Assembly: GCF_002761295.1 (NCBI RefSeq)
Contig: NZ_CP017881.1
Span: 347,213-411,212, forward strand
Direction: 5' to 3'
DNA length: 64,000 nt
From: Methanohalophilus portucalensis
GTDB lineage: Archaea > Halobacteriota > Methanosarcinia > Methanosarcinales > Methanosarcinaceae
Part shown: positions 10,276 through 20,700 of the stretch, one piece after another
Numbering within the stretch: position 1 is the stretch's first letter
How the letters are laid out: each line of letters begins with the position of its first letter
Notes under the pieces: generated by a model
Databases searched by the model: none
What the model was told of the DNA's origin: nothing
Seen by the model: only the letters and a program-made list of their open reading frames with translations
Made by a program: the position numbers and the translations under genes

Positions 10276-10625
10276 TGACAAAAATGAAACTTGGAGTAGA
10301 GGAATATATTGATAGTGCCCACTATCTGCCCGGGCATGAAAGTTGTGGTATAGTTCATGGTCATACCTATAAGGTGGAAGTTGTCCTTGAAGGAGAAAAA
10401 AAGCCATCCGGGATGGTCATTGATTTCTATGACGTAAAACAGACTGTCCGTTCGACTTTGAAAGAGTATGATCATTGTATGCTCAATGATATCCTGGAGT
10501 ATCCAAGTTCGGAAAATCTCTGTGAGCATATCTATAACCGCCTATCCCAGCAGCTGGATTTCCCTCTCTCTGTGAAGATCTGGGAAGGACACGGCAAGTG
10601 GTGCCAGTTAAGTGAGATTGACTGA
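10275..10625 (+). CDS. queD: 6-carboxy-5,6,7,8-tetrahydropterin synthase QueD
   Basis: CGIVHGHTY zinc/catalytic motif; start set to the ATG overlapping the queE stop (TAATG). Confidence 0.85.
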   Translation: MTKMKLGVEEYIDSAHYLPGHESCGIVHGHTYKVEVVLEGEKKPSGMVIDFYDVKQTVRSTLKEYDHCMLNDILEYPSSENLCEHIYNRLSQQLDFPLSVKIWEGHGKWCQLSEID

Positions 10626-10698
10626 GAAGAATTCCAAAACCTATATCTAGATGTGACTCAATAGCAGCATAAGATTTGTCTAGAGTGGAGGAAATATT

Positions 10699-11664
10699 TT
10701 GGCCACAGAGAGCGGAAAGGAACCTGAAGAATGTCTGCCGGAAGAATACAGTGACTCAATAAAGAGACTTATTGCCCAGCATCCATGCTATAACAAGGAT
10801 GCACAACATAAATTTGGAAGGATTCATCTGTCGGTGGCTCCTAAATGCAATATTAAATGTAAATACTGTGACCGTAAATATGATTGCGTAAATGAAAGTC
10901 GGCCCGGAGTCACAAGTGAAGTTTTAAATCCACAACAGGCCCTTGAAAAAACACAAAAGGTATTGGAAGAATATCCTTTCATAAAAGTCGTGGGTATCGC
11001 CGGTCCGGGTGATCCTCTTGCAAATGAGGAAACCTTTGAGACTTTCAAACTTATAAAACAACATTTCCCGGATGTCACTCTCTGCCTGAGTACCAATGGT
11101 CTGGCTCTGCCTGCCAGGATACAGGATGTACTGGATTCCGGTGTTTCCACATTAACTGTTACTTTGAATGCCATTGACCCTGAAATAGGGGCAAAAATTG
11201 TGGATCATGTAAACTATAATGGTAAAACCTACCGGGGTGTCGAAGGAGCCAGCATTCTTCTTGAAAACCAGCTTGAAGGTATCCGCAAGGCTGTGGAAGC
11301 AGGACTGGTTGTTAAGATCAACACGGTGCTTGTTCCGGGTATCAATGAGGATCATATTATCGAGATTGCACAGAAACTCAATGATATGGGTGTGTATATC
11401 ATGAATGTTATGCCTCTTATCTGTCAGGCTGATTTTGCTGACTGGACTGCTCCTACTCCACAGGAACGCAAAGCTGTACAGGATTCCTGTGAACCATATG
11501 TTCAACAAATGCGCCACTGTCGCCAGTGTCGGTCCGATGCTTATGGTCTTCTGGGTAAAGATCTTTCTCAAATGAGCGAGGAACGTCGTAATGTGGTTAA
11601 AGTCGATGCTCTTAAAAAGGCCGAATCCGCCAAAAAGAAAACTTCTGATGACGCGTCTGAATAA
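10699..11664 (+). CDS. NifB-like radical SAM protein
   Basis: CNIKCKYCDR motif; NifB-like core length and conserved GPGDPL segment. Confidence 0.65.
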   Translation: MATESGKEPEECLPEEYSDSIKRLIAQHPCYNKDAQHKFGRIHLSVAPKCNIKCKYCDRKYDCVNESRPGVTSEVLNPQQALEKTQKVLEEYPFIKVVGIAGPGDPLANEETFETFKLIKQHFPDVTLCLSTNGLALPARIQDVLDSGVSTLTVTLNAIDPEIGAKIVDHVNYNGKTYRGVEGASILLENQLEGIRKAVEAGLVVKINTVLVPGINEDHIIEIAQKLNDMGVYIMNVMPLICQADFADWTAPTPQERKAVQDSCEPYVQQMRHCRQCRSDAYGLLGKDLSQMSEERRNVVKVDALKKAESAKKKTSDDASE

Positions 11665-12658
11665 ATGCGGAGTTTTTCAATTGGATGTACATACCCTTGC
11701 CCAAAAACTGCACGACTTTGAGGGTGTATCCCGCAAGGCACCTATTGCAGACATTGCACGTATGTTTGATGACGTGAGGGAAAGTTATGGGGGTACTGTC
11801 GTTGATATGGGTGATGACGCTGCAATAATTGATATTGGTGGTGATGAAGTCATCCTGTTTGCGGCTGATGGGATATGGGGCAGGATCACAGAAGCAAGTC
11901 CGTGGTGGACGGGTTATACTTCTGTTGTTGTAAATATTAACGATATATCTGCTATGGGGGCACGGCCGCTTGCCATGGTTAATGTAATGTCTTCTTCTCA
12001 CAAGGATGTATGTGACGGTATGCTGCAGGGTATGAAAGACGGGGTGAGAAAATTTGGTGTGCCTATGGTTGGCGGCCATCTGCATCCTGACACACCCTAC
12101 AATTCACTTTCAGTGTCCATTATAGGAATCGCAAAGAAGGATTGTGTAATCCGCAGTGACACCGCCTGTGTGGGTGATACAGTTATTGTTGGCTATGATA
12201 TGGAAGGTCGTGTGGGGAAAAATTCCCCTTATAGCTGGGATACGACTTCTTTCAAGGATTCTGAAACCGTTCGCTCCCGGTTCATGATAATGCAAAAGAT
12301 CGGCGAAAAGCATCTTGTCACCGCCGGCAAGGATATCAGTAATCCGGGAACCATAGGTACTCTTGGAATGCTTTGTGAAACCAGTATGGTGGGTGCAGAG
12401 GTAGATCTGGGACAAATACCCAAACCTGCAGATGTTGCCCTGGACCAGTGGCTGATGATTTATCCGGCAACCGGTTACATTGTGACTGCAAAACCGGAAA
12501 ATGTCGATGAATGCCTGAATGCATTCGAAGAAGTGGGTATCACTGCTGCAGTAATCGGGAAAATTGATGATAGTTGTCGTGTGAAAGTAACCGATGGCGA
12601 GAACTCAGCAGATGTTTTTGATTTCAGTAAAGATTTAATAACGGGGATCAAAGAATAA
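11648..12658 (+). CDS. methanogen marker protein 2 (AIR synthase-related, PurM-like)
   Basis: PurM-like DDAA/GGH motifs; start moved to in-frame Met overlapping the upstream stop by 17 nt. Confidence 0.6.
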   Translation: MTRLNKCGVFQLDVHTLAQKLHDFEGVSRKAPIADIARMFDDVRESYGGTVVDMGDDAAIIDIGGDEVILFAADGIWGRITEASPWWTGYTSVVVNINDISAMGARPLAMVNVMSSSHKDVCDGMLQGMKDGVRKFGVPMVGGHLHPDTPYNSLSVSIIGIAKKDCVIRSDTACVGDTVIVGYDMEGRVGKNSPYSWDTTSFKDSETVRSRFMIMQKIGEKHLVTAGKDISNPGTIGTLGMLCETSMVGAEVDLGQIPKPADVALDQWLMIYPATGYIVTAKPENVDECLNAFEEVGITAAVIGKIDDSCRVKVTDGENSADVFDFSKDLITGIKE

Positions 12659-12660
12659 TT

Positions 12661-12957
12661 TCATTCGGATCCCACGTAGGCTTTTAATTCATCATAAAGA
12701 TATTGTTCTGCTGCCTGGACGGCTTCAAGTTCTCCCCTGAGTACTATAACTTCCCTTTCATCACATTCAACAATGTTTACACCGATCTTTCTCTCAAGGG
12801 GTTCTAGATCGAATTCTTCAACAAGGTCATAGACCAGGTATGAAGGAGTGCCCGGAGGGATAACTAGGTCATACAGCCCTTCGATTTCAGCTCCCATCTC
12901 ATCTTCCATTTTTTCCTTGCTCAGTTTTAGGTCTTCGAGGGTCAGTTTTTTTACCAT
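12661..12957 (-). CDS. small acidic hypothetical protein
   Basis: 98-aa ORF. Confidence 0.3.
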   Translation of the reverse strand: MVKKLTLEDLKLSKEKMEDEMGAEIEGLYDLVIPPGTPSYLVYDLVEEFDLEPLERKIGVNIVECDEREVIVLRGELEAVQAAEQYLYDELKAYVGSE

Positions 12958-13047
12958 AAGTTCACCCGTAACGTATATCTTGAGGCTAAATTGGTTTTTC
13001 TGGTATTATAATTTGTCCATGGTTACAGTTGTAATTCGTTTTTACGC

Positions 13048-13078
13048 TTTGACCGAAAAATCGATTTGTCCGATAAAT
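13048..13078. promoter_or_regulatory. two direct copies of the TTGWCCGAWAA motif upstream of the 13297 gene
   Basis: tttgaccgaaaaa and tttgtccgataaa, 18 nt apart. Confidence 0.3.
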
Positions 13079-13296
13079 AGTGATTTTGACTGGAAATTCA
13101 TATTTTTGAACGAATAATGTGTTTAGACTTTTCATAGCCATTCCACTGTACATCTATATTCTTGGATTATAATCTTCCAAAAAATAGATTTTCTTAATTA
13201 TAATTATATATTATCATACAAACAGAAAGTAAAAAATAATTGTCACATGAAATTCTTTTTATAGTATTGTGATAGTGTTCAAATGGGGCATTTAAT

Positions 13297-13863
13297 TTGA
13301 AAGGTATTGGAATATTTGGTGTTATCTTATTGCTTATTGTAGCTTTAGTAACTGCAGGATGTATATCTGGAAATTATTCTACGAAATCAAACGAAACATC
13401 AGTTCCAAATGAGAATTATCGTTCTGAATATCAAACAGGTGAGTTAAATTTTACAGTAGTACCAGAAAAAACTAAAGTAGAAGAGGGAGAGAAATTTAAA
13501 ATTTACTTGACATTAACAAATGTTGGAAATAATACAATCAATGTATGGAGAATGAGAGAGCAGACTAGTTATGACATCAATTTTTGGAAGTATGTTGATA
13601 TTCCTTCCCTGTCCATTAAAGGTTATGACCGTGTTGATTATATCTGTCCAGTTATCATGAGATTGCCATTAAGAAACGAAGATCTTATTGAACTTAGTCC
13701 CAATGAATCCATAAATGATACAAGGAATTCAGAATGCTGGTCTTTGAAGAAAGGGGAATATACACTAAACGTCGTCTATCATACTTTTACGGGCGAAGAA
13801 ATTACAAAACCTTATTGGATAGGGGAAATACAATCTAATAACGTGACAATCGTTGTGGAATAA
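13297..13863 (+). CDS. secreted/lipoprotein-like hypothetical protein
   Basis: TTG start; signal peptide with AGC lipobox-like site. Confidence 0.45.
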   Translation: MKGIGIFGVILLLIVALVTAGCISGNYSTKSNETSVPNENYRSEYQTGELNFTVVPEKTKVEEGEKFKIYLTLTNVGNNTINVWRMREQTSYDINFWKYVDIPSLSIKGYDRVDYICPVIMRLPLRNEDLIELSPNESINDTRNSECWSLKKGEYTLNVVYHTFTGEEITKPYWIGEIQSNNVTIVVE

Positions 13864-13920
13864 AAAGTTTTGATTTTGAATAGGATTTACAAAACACCTC
13901 TGTTGCCATCCATTTTGAGA

Positions 13921-13993
13921 CTTGTCCGAATAATACTGTTTTTGTCCGAAGAATCATGCCATTGACCGAAAAGTACTCATTTTTCGGACAAAG
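13921..13993. promoter_or_regulatory. cluster of four TTGWCCGAA motif copies (three direct, one inverted) upstream of the radical SAM gene
   Basis: cttgtccgaa, tttgtccgaa, attgaccgaa, and inverted ttttcggacaaag. Confidence 0.3.
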
Positions 13994-14052
13994 CGTCGTT
14001 TTTAGAAAGTTTGATATACTTTTACATTTATTGTTATGAGTGGGAATATATA

Positions 14053-14751
14053 ATGCGACTTATTAATATGGGGTTAAAGGGAGAACAGGTACGTCTGGAC
14101 TTTTTTGGATGTAACCTGAAATGTCCCTATTGTATTCATATCAGGCAACCCTTTGAGGAATACAGTATAGATGAAGTTGCTGAATTTGTCAGCAATTCAG
14201 CTGTAAAGAAGGTTTTTATCGGAGGGGCCGAACCTACTCTCCAGAAGGATTTAACCCCTTTGATTGAGCTGTTGCATTCAATGGGTATGGAGATTATTCT
14301 AAAGTCGGATGGCATGAAACCTGAAGTACTGGAGAAGTCTCTGCCCTTTGTAAAAGGTTTTGTTCTGGAATTGAAGGCACCACTTGAAGACACGGCTGCA
14401 ATTGAGGAACTTACAGGCATTTCCTCTAAAAGGGTAGAACAATATGTAGCAAACCTCAAAACATCGATAGATATTGCTAAAACCAGGTGGTTGCGACTCT
14501 GGGTTCGTGTAATTCCCGGTTATGTTACTGAAGAATCCGTGAAGCGAATGTTGCCTGTAATGGAAGGAGCTTCTGAGGTACTTCTTTATCAATTCTTAAG
14601 CAATCCCGACTTTGATCTTCCTTTTGCAGGATACACCTCTCCTGTGCCTGCCTGGGAGGATATGGAAAGCCTTGCAGGTATTGTTGTAGAAAAGGTACCC
14701 CGTGTAATAATTGTGGGAGAAAAAGGGCGTAAGATAATTGGTAAGGAGTAA
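14053..14751 (+). CDS. radical SAM protein (activase / QueE-like small radical SAM family)
   Basis: CNLKCPYC motif near N-terminus; start at MRLINMG. Confidence 0.6.
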   Translation: MRLINMGLKGEQVRLDFFGCNLKCPYCIHIRQPFEEYSIDEVAEFVSNSAVKKVFIGGAEPTLQKDLTPLIELLHSMGMEIILKSDGMKPEVLEKSLPFVKGFVLELKAPLEDTAAIEELTGISSKRVEQYVANLKTSIDIAKTRWLRLWVRVIPGYVTEESVKRMLPVMEGASEVLLYQFLSNPDFDLPFAGYTSPVPAWEDMESLAGIVVEKVPRVIIVGEKGRKIIGKE

Positions 14752-15004
14752 TTTGTACAATCAGGTAATGAGCAAGGTATCGTAAAAAAAAGCAGATTGG
14801 TGGTATGGTGGTGGTACGATATGAAAGCTGCTTTTCAGCCTTGCTCATTACAAACCGGACTATGATATGAAGGTATTTAAATATTTTTCTTATATATGAA
14901 TGATTATATTTTGTTTATTTGTTTTTTATGTGGTTTTAATTCAGATAATTTTCTTAGACCAAAACATTTATCCATGTCTGCCGGTATGTAATTAATCGAT
15001 TGAC

Positions 15005-15316
15005 ATGCAGGAATACAAATTAAAACGTGGTCATTCCCCCGATATTGGACGTATCTATGAAGCGCTTGAGGAATGTTTCCCTTCCGATATATCCAGAGAA
15101 GGAGATAAATTAGTTACTTCATACGGTGTTATGAAGGAACTTTCTGTGTGGTTGAACGGTAAAAAACTTGCAGTTGACACGAATTCTGAAGCCGAAGGTG
15201 TCTCTGATGAGGTTATTCTTGATACCAACAAGAGATTCCGTGATTTTCTCTATAAGGCAACTGGTTACACTGCCAAGGAACGAGTTAAGAACGCCAAGAA
15301 GGCAGTTTCCAAATAA
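15005..15316 (+). CDS. conserved hypothetical protein
   Basis: 103-aa ORF. Confidence 0.35.
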   Translation: MQEYKLKRGHSPDIGRIYEALEECFPSDISREGDKLVTSYGVMKELSVWLNGKKLAVDTNSEAEGVSDEVILDTNKRFRDFLYKATGYTAKERVKNAKKAVSK

Positions 15317-15327
15317 TAGGATCATAC

Positions 15328-15846
15328 GTGTTTGTCAATCGCGACTTTCTCAAGGATCTCAAGGCTTTTGAGATCCCCACATGCCTGCGTATCTGTGCAG
15401 GTACCGATGGTTCTGTCACCTTCCTGCTGGAGATCATGACACGCCACGAAGTTGAGGTAATTACCGAGGATCAGCATCTTGTAAAAGCCGATGAGGAGGT
15501 GGCCGGGCTTTTGGATGTGGATGTTGGCGAAGAAGTGAATCATCGCACCGTGCGATTGGTGGCAGATGGTGTCCCTTATGTTCATGCGGTTTCCCTCTCT
15601 CCTATAGGCCGTATGCCAGAAGAGGTTCGCAGGGATATGATGCGTGCCGATATACCAATTGGTAAGATCCTGCGTAATTACGGTATGGAAACACGCAGGG
15701 ACTTTGAAACCATACAGATGGAGGCCGATGGTCCACTTTTTGGCAGTCGTGAATATCTCTCAAGGACCTATCGTATTGTGCACCACAATGACACGCTCAT
15801 GTGGATCAAAGAACGCTTCCCTGCAGATGGTCGCTGGTTGCTCTGA
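15328..15846 (+). CDS. chorismate-lyase/UTRA-fold family protein (DUF98-like)
   Basis: 172-aa ORF; weak resemblance to methanogen chorismate lyase-like proteins. Confidence 0.4.
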   Translation: MFVNRDFLKDLKAFEIPTCLRICAGTDGSVTFLLEIMTRHEVEVITEDQHLVKADEEVAGLLDVDVGEEVNHRTVRLVADGVPYVHAVSLSPIGRMPEEVRRDMMRADIPIGKILRNYGMETRRDFETIQMEADGPLFGSREYLSRTYRIVHHNDTLMWIKERFPADGRWLL

Positions 15847-15916
15847 ACTAAATCCAGAAAACCGAAAACTTATTATGGTATCACTCCTATTGAGGGGTCG
15901 CAGTCAAGAAAAGCGT

Positions 15917-15988
15917 GCCTCGGTGGCTTAGGGGTGTAGTGCGTCCTTGGTAAGGACGAGGTCGCGGGTTCGAATCCCGCCCGAGGCT
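15917..15988 (+). tRNA. tRNA-Thr (anticodon GGU)
   Basis: 72 nt; 7-bp acceptor GCCTCGG/CCGAGGC; anticodon stem CGTCC/GGACG with loop TTGGTAA; T-arm GCGGG-TTCGAAT-CCCGC; no encoded CCA. Confidence 0.85.
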
Positions 15989-16034
15989 TTAAACTTGCAG
16001 TACAAAGCCCTCCTGCCTTGAATGGTCAAGGAAG

Positions 16035-17183
16035 GTGGGAAGAATGTCTGTACTCTATGATACGGAAAGAAGGCTCAAGTCTTCAGAGAGACGTATTGAA
16101 AATTCGAAATTTTCTGAACGAGATAAAAACCTCCTTTTTTCTTACGAAGCTGATCTTTTTGTAGACGGGCTTGGTGAATGTCGAGTTCTTAAATATCTGG
16201 ATCAATTGTATCGATTACGGCTCTGGCTAGATACTGATTTTGAGTTGGCCAAAGAGAACGATCTAAAGATACTTGTCGGCTACATACAGAGAAGGGACGT
16301 ATCTGCCTCTACAAAGAGGGATTATAAGATATGTCTTCGAAAGTTTTACCGCTGGCTGTACAATGATGATTCTGCACTAAATTGGATCAAGATCAAAAAC
16401 AAGGTCAATGAATCGAAAATTCCTGAAGAATTGCTGACAGAGGAAGAAATTCTCAGACTCATCGAAGTGGCTGATCATCCTAGGGACAAGGCAATCATCG
16501 CTACTCTCTATGATACTGGTGGAAGGATAGGCGAAATCAGCACACTTCAGATAAAACACATCAATTTTGACGAATATGGGGCACAGCTTGTTCTGAATGG
16601 AAAAACGGGTATGCGAAGAGTAAGGGTTGTATTTTGTGTACCATACCTATCATCCTGGCTTGATATTCATCCAGATCGAGAAAATCCTGATTCTTATGTG
16701 TGGATTGGTGTAGGGTCTATGGGAAAAGGAAAACCCTTACGGTATGCTGCTTTCCGTGCGTTGCTAGGACGATTGAAAAAAAAGCAGGGATTAAAAAGCG
16801 AATCTATAATCACCTTTTCAGGCACAGCCGATGTACTGAACTAGCGCAGCATCTTAGCGAGTTTCATCTGGAAGTCATATGGGTTTGGTGTCTGGTTCCG
16901 ATATGTCCAGTGTTTATGTCCATCTTATCTGGAAGGAGGAAATGCGTTATTATCTGTGGTATTCTATCTATCTAGAAGAAAAAAAGTATCTACAGGATGT
17001 ATTTCTGATACATTACAAATTAGTCGATATACGTTACGCAAAATATTGATTGAATTGAAAGAGAGGCAATGGATAAAAGAAACACGACCAATAAATAAGA
17101 GAAAAAATCAGTCTTTCTGCCAACTTCTAGTTTCAAATGATGTTATCGATGAGTACTATGATAATCAAAGGCAAGAGAAATAG
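16035..17183 (+). pseudogene. tyrosine recombinase/phage integrase, disrupted by at least two frameshifts
   Basis: N-terminal SAM-like domain in frame 1; AGIKKRIYNHLFRHSRCTELAQ (HxxR box) in a second frame; putative catalytic Tyr segment in a third; first shift at A8 run 16776-16783 (A9 restores frame). Confidence 0.7.
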
Positions 17184-17727
17184 GAAATCATATAGGAACT
17201 GCTAACTTTTAAGTTTCATGTACAAAAAAATAAAGGATGTAGGGAAAGAATTATCAGTTAAATTCTTCCCCTTTATTTCACATGGAAATTAATTGTTTGA
17301 TGAATTGCCTGGCAGTGGTTCCCCAGCAAGTTGCAGGATTGTTCGAGCTACAGCTCTTTCCCAGGGATTCGAATTGCCATCTCCACTGGCATCCATGTCA
17401 ATAATTTCCTTGTACTGTTCGTATATTTGTTGCGCTTTTGCCTTTGTTTCAGGCTTGATTGGAGTTTGCATAATATTACCTATTTATTTTTTATAGGTCA
17501 TACTCAACAAACCTCCACGATATTCATAATACCTCTATATCCATTAATGAGAATATTATATGTATTATTTATAATTAAACCAATATATTAATTGTCTAAT
17601 ACAGTAATGAGAGACTAAATGACCCTTTCTTTTTACTTGGAATTATATAATGAGAATAGACTTTGTATACGAAAGAAAGGAGGTATGATGATGTTACATA
17701 CCCCTCAAAGAGACATCTATAGATTAC

Positions 17728-20700
17728 TCAAGTCCTTTTAACCTGGATAATGAACAGTGTCACAATCAACATGAAGATACTTAAGAGACTGCTGAATCCC
17801 GGTGTTTGATCGGACTCCATTTCTGGAGTTTGCTCAACATTTTCTTCTTCCACACCTTCATCAATTGTCTCTTCCGATGTAGGGGTGGTTTCTGCAAGTG
17901 ATTCTTCATCCTCAGACACTGCAGATATTGCAAATGGTGAGAATCCGGGAGTTTCAGCCTCGAAGTAGATGAAGCCGTCATCCTCATCGGTCTGGGTGGT
18001 GGAAAGTTTGTTCCATATCCCATCGCTGTAATGGAACAGTGCAACTTCTGACGCATCAAATCCATTGTTCGCCAGCCATTCTTTATCCACCCTGAAGCCT
18101 ATGACAGAGTCTTCCACTTTGTCATCTCCAAAGGCAGCATTACCAACCCAGATATTCAGGTTCTGGTAAACTTCACCCGGAGCATCCTCATCCACAAGAG
18201 CGGAAGTATCTTTCAACACTTCTATCAATGTGCTGATCTGACCTGCATTGGTAACGCCTGTGAACTGGATATAGGAAATATTGCATTTTTCCTCACCGAA
18301 TTCATATCTGGCAGTTTCACCAGGAGCAATCTTACATGTCTGTGCAGCCTTTGTCAGAATGTTCTCAAAGGCTTCACCGGTGTTGCCACCGCCTCCGCCA
18401 CCACCGCTGCTGGAGGAACCTCCACTGCTACCAGGTTTGGTTTCTGTGCCCTCACCAGGAGCAATGGAGAATATTGTGGTGAATGTGGCATTATTTCCTG
18501 CAGCATCAGCAACTATAACTTCAGCCGTGTAGTCACCTGTATCCAAACCGGTGGCATTGTAAGCAGCATAGTTTCCGGTAATTTCCAGATCATCACTAGC
18601 ACTTATCTCATTACCATTGAACTTGAAAATAATCGAACTGACATTTATGTCACTTGCTGCATCACTGTAATTGAATCTGATGTTAACAGATGTCGTATCT
18701 TCATCAAATTTTGTTCCATCTTCTGGGGTCACATCATCAAGTATCGGAGGTGTCTTATCATCCGCCATGGCACCATAGGTGGAGAAATGGTTAACAGTTG
18801 CAACCCAGTATTCAACATCATCAATTGTTTCTACTGAAGTACTGAAAGGTTCCCACTCATCGCTTGTTTCATTATAATAACGAATGGTAACATCCTCTAC
18901 AGCCACCCCTTCTGGCAATAGACTCATATTGACAGGTATCCTGATTGTGGCATTGGTAAGGTTGGTTTGCAATTCTTTTCCAAAATTCACATCAATGAAA
19001 TGTAAACCTACAGAACCATTTGTTACATTGGCAAGAGGCTTATCACTTTCAGTCACCGTTATGTTAGATTTTGTGTCATTGTTGGTCCTGAAATCAATGG
19101 TCGTTCCAGATTGCTTGCTGGTGAAATTGGCAGTATTATTTACCGTTTCAATCCTTTCGATATGCATTGTTGAATTGCCAACTCCTACATTGCCTGCAAC
19201 ATCAATACCAGTTACATTAATGTTGAAATCTGAACCTCCAAGATTAAAGAAACCTGACCATTTACTTGCGATTTTACTCAATTCAACTTCATCAGCATTT
19301 ACATCGACTACTGGAGTATCATCAAGACATTCTGAAGCTGATATATTGACTATGCCATGTGTTTCGTTATATACAGAAGATACAGGATATAAGGACGGAG
19401 CTTTGCGATCCAGCAGCACAGTCTTTGAAGCAGTGATAAAATTTGTGTTCAATGCTGCATCTGTAACGGTTGCAGTGACCGTATATTTGCCATCATTCGG
19501 GATTGTCGTGAGATCAAATTCCGCAGTCCATTCACCATTGACAAAAGATGCCTCCACAACTCTGTGGAAACTTGTGAATTCAGAATCAAGGGTAAATGAA
19601 AGGGCAGATACATTGCCAGGAGTGCCGTCTGCTGTAGCATTTACTTGAAGAATTGAATTTGCATGAACGATTTCTCCTACAGTATTTGAACCGGTGATTT
19701 CTGTAATACTGACCGTGGGTTCAGTATTATCCACGACTACACTGACATTTGCCGAAGCAGTATTATCTGAAGTGTCACTGCTATTCACAAACAGCCAGTA
19801 AGTACCACTTGGTACTTCAGCACCATTACTGAAAGTTGCATTCCAGACATATTCCCAGGTTGCACCGTTTGCAACATCATCTGTGACAGTCAGATTGGTA
19901 ACATTCTGACCCTCGGAATCCTGAATTACAAATTCAGTAATTGCAGGATGATTATCAGTGCTGTTTAGGCGTATGGTTACAGGATTATGGATACTGACAT
20001 TTTCTATAGGCGTAGCACTTATATTGACTTCAGGTGCCTGATCATCTACTATTTCCAGAGTTTCTGAAACAGGATTGGACCATGCTCCATCATCATCCTG
20101 TACACTGAATGAAATGGTATGTGTGCCCGGTGAAAGATCAGAGATACTGAAACTGGAGGAAGCATGCAAATGACCATCGATACTGGAAGTCCAGTTGTAT
20201 CCAACAATATTACCATCAGAATCAGTGCCTGAACCAGTGAAACTAACAAGGTTACCTTCGGTGGCAGGATTCGGAGTAATAGAATCGATTTTTGAAGTTG
20301 GCATAACATTGGGTTTTTCGTTAATTTTCAATGTTGTTGAATCCGATTCAGACCATGCACCGTCATCATCCTTTGCACTAAAGCTGATAGTGTGAATTCC
20401 GCTTGAAAGGTCTGAAGTCGTAAAACTGGGTGATGTACCTATTATTACTTCATCTTCTAAATTGGATGTCCAGGAATATTCAGTAATTGTACCATCCGAA
20501 TCTTCTCCCAATCCTTGGAAAACAATAGTGTCACCTTCATTTGCAGGATTTGGACTTATAGAAGTAATGACAGATGTTGGCAACTTATTGGGTTCAGAGG
20601 GAGTATTAATGCTTAATATAACTAAACCATTATCTCCATCATTTACATAGGCATGATTACCAGCAACCGTAATTCCATCTGCATAACCTGCATTGTTATA

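Noticed and set aside
16700-17183. ORFs 16700-16975 and 16956-17183 as independent genes
   Set aside because: They contain the HxxR box and the putative catalytic-Tyr region of the upstream integrase in shifted frames. They are pieces of one pseudogene, not separate genes.
18380-18425. GC-rich low-complexity run (ccaccgcctccgccaccacc...) suspected as a slip-prone or frameshift site
   Set aside because: It is in frame and encodes the GSSGGSSSSGGGGGGG linker of the surface protein. No frame disruption is seen.
18281-19648. ORFs 18281-18532 (+) and 18884-19648 (+), the latter 254 aa
   Set aside because: They are antisense to the 1601-aa LVIVD surface-protein gene. The poly-Pro stretch is simply the complement of the Gly-rich linker.
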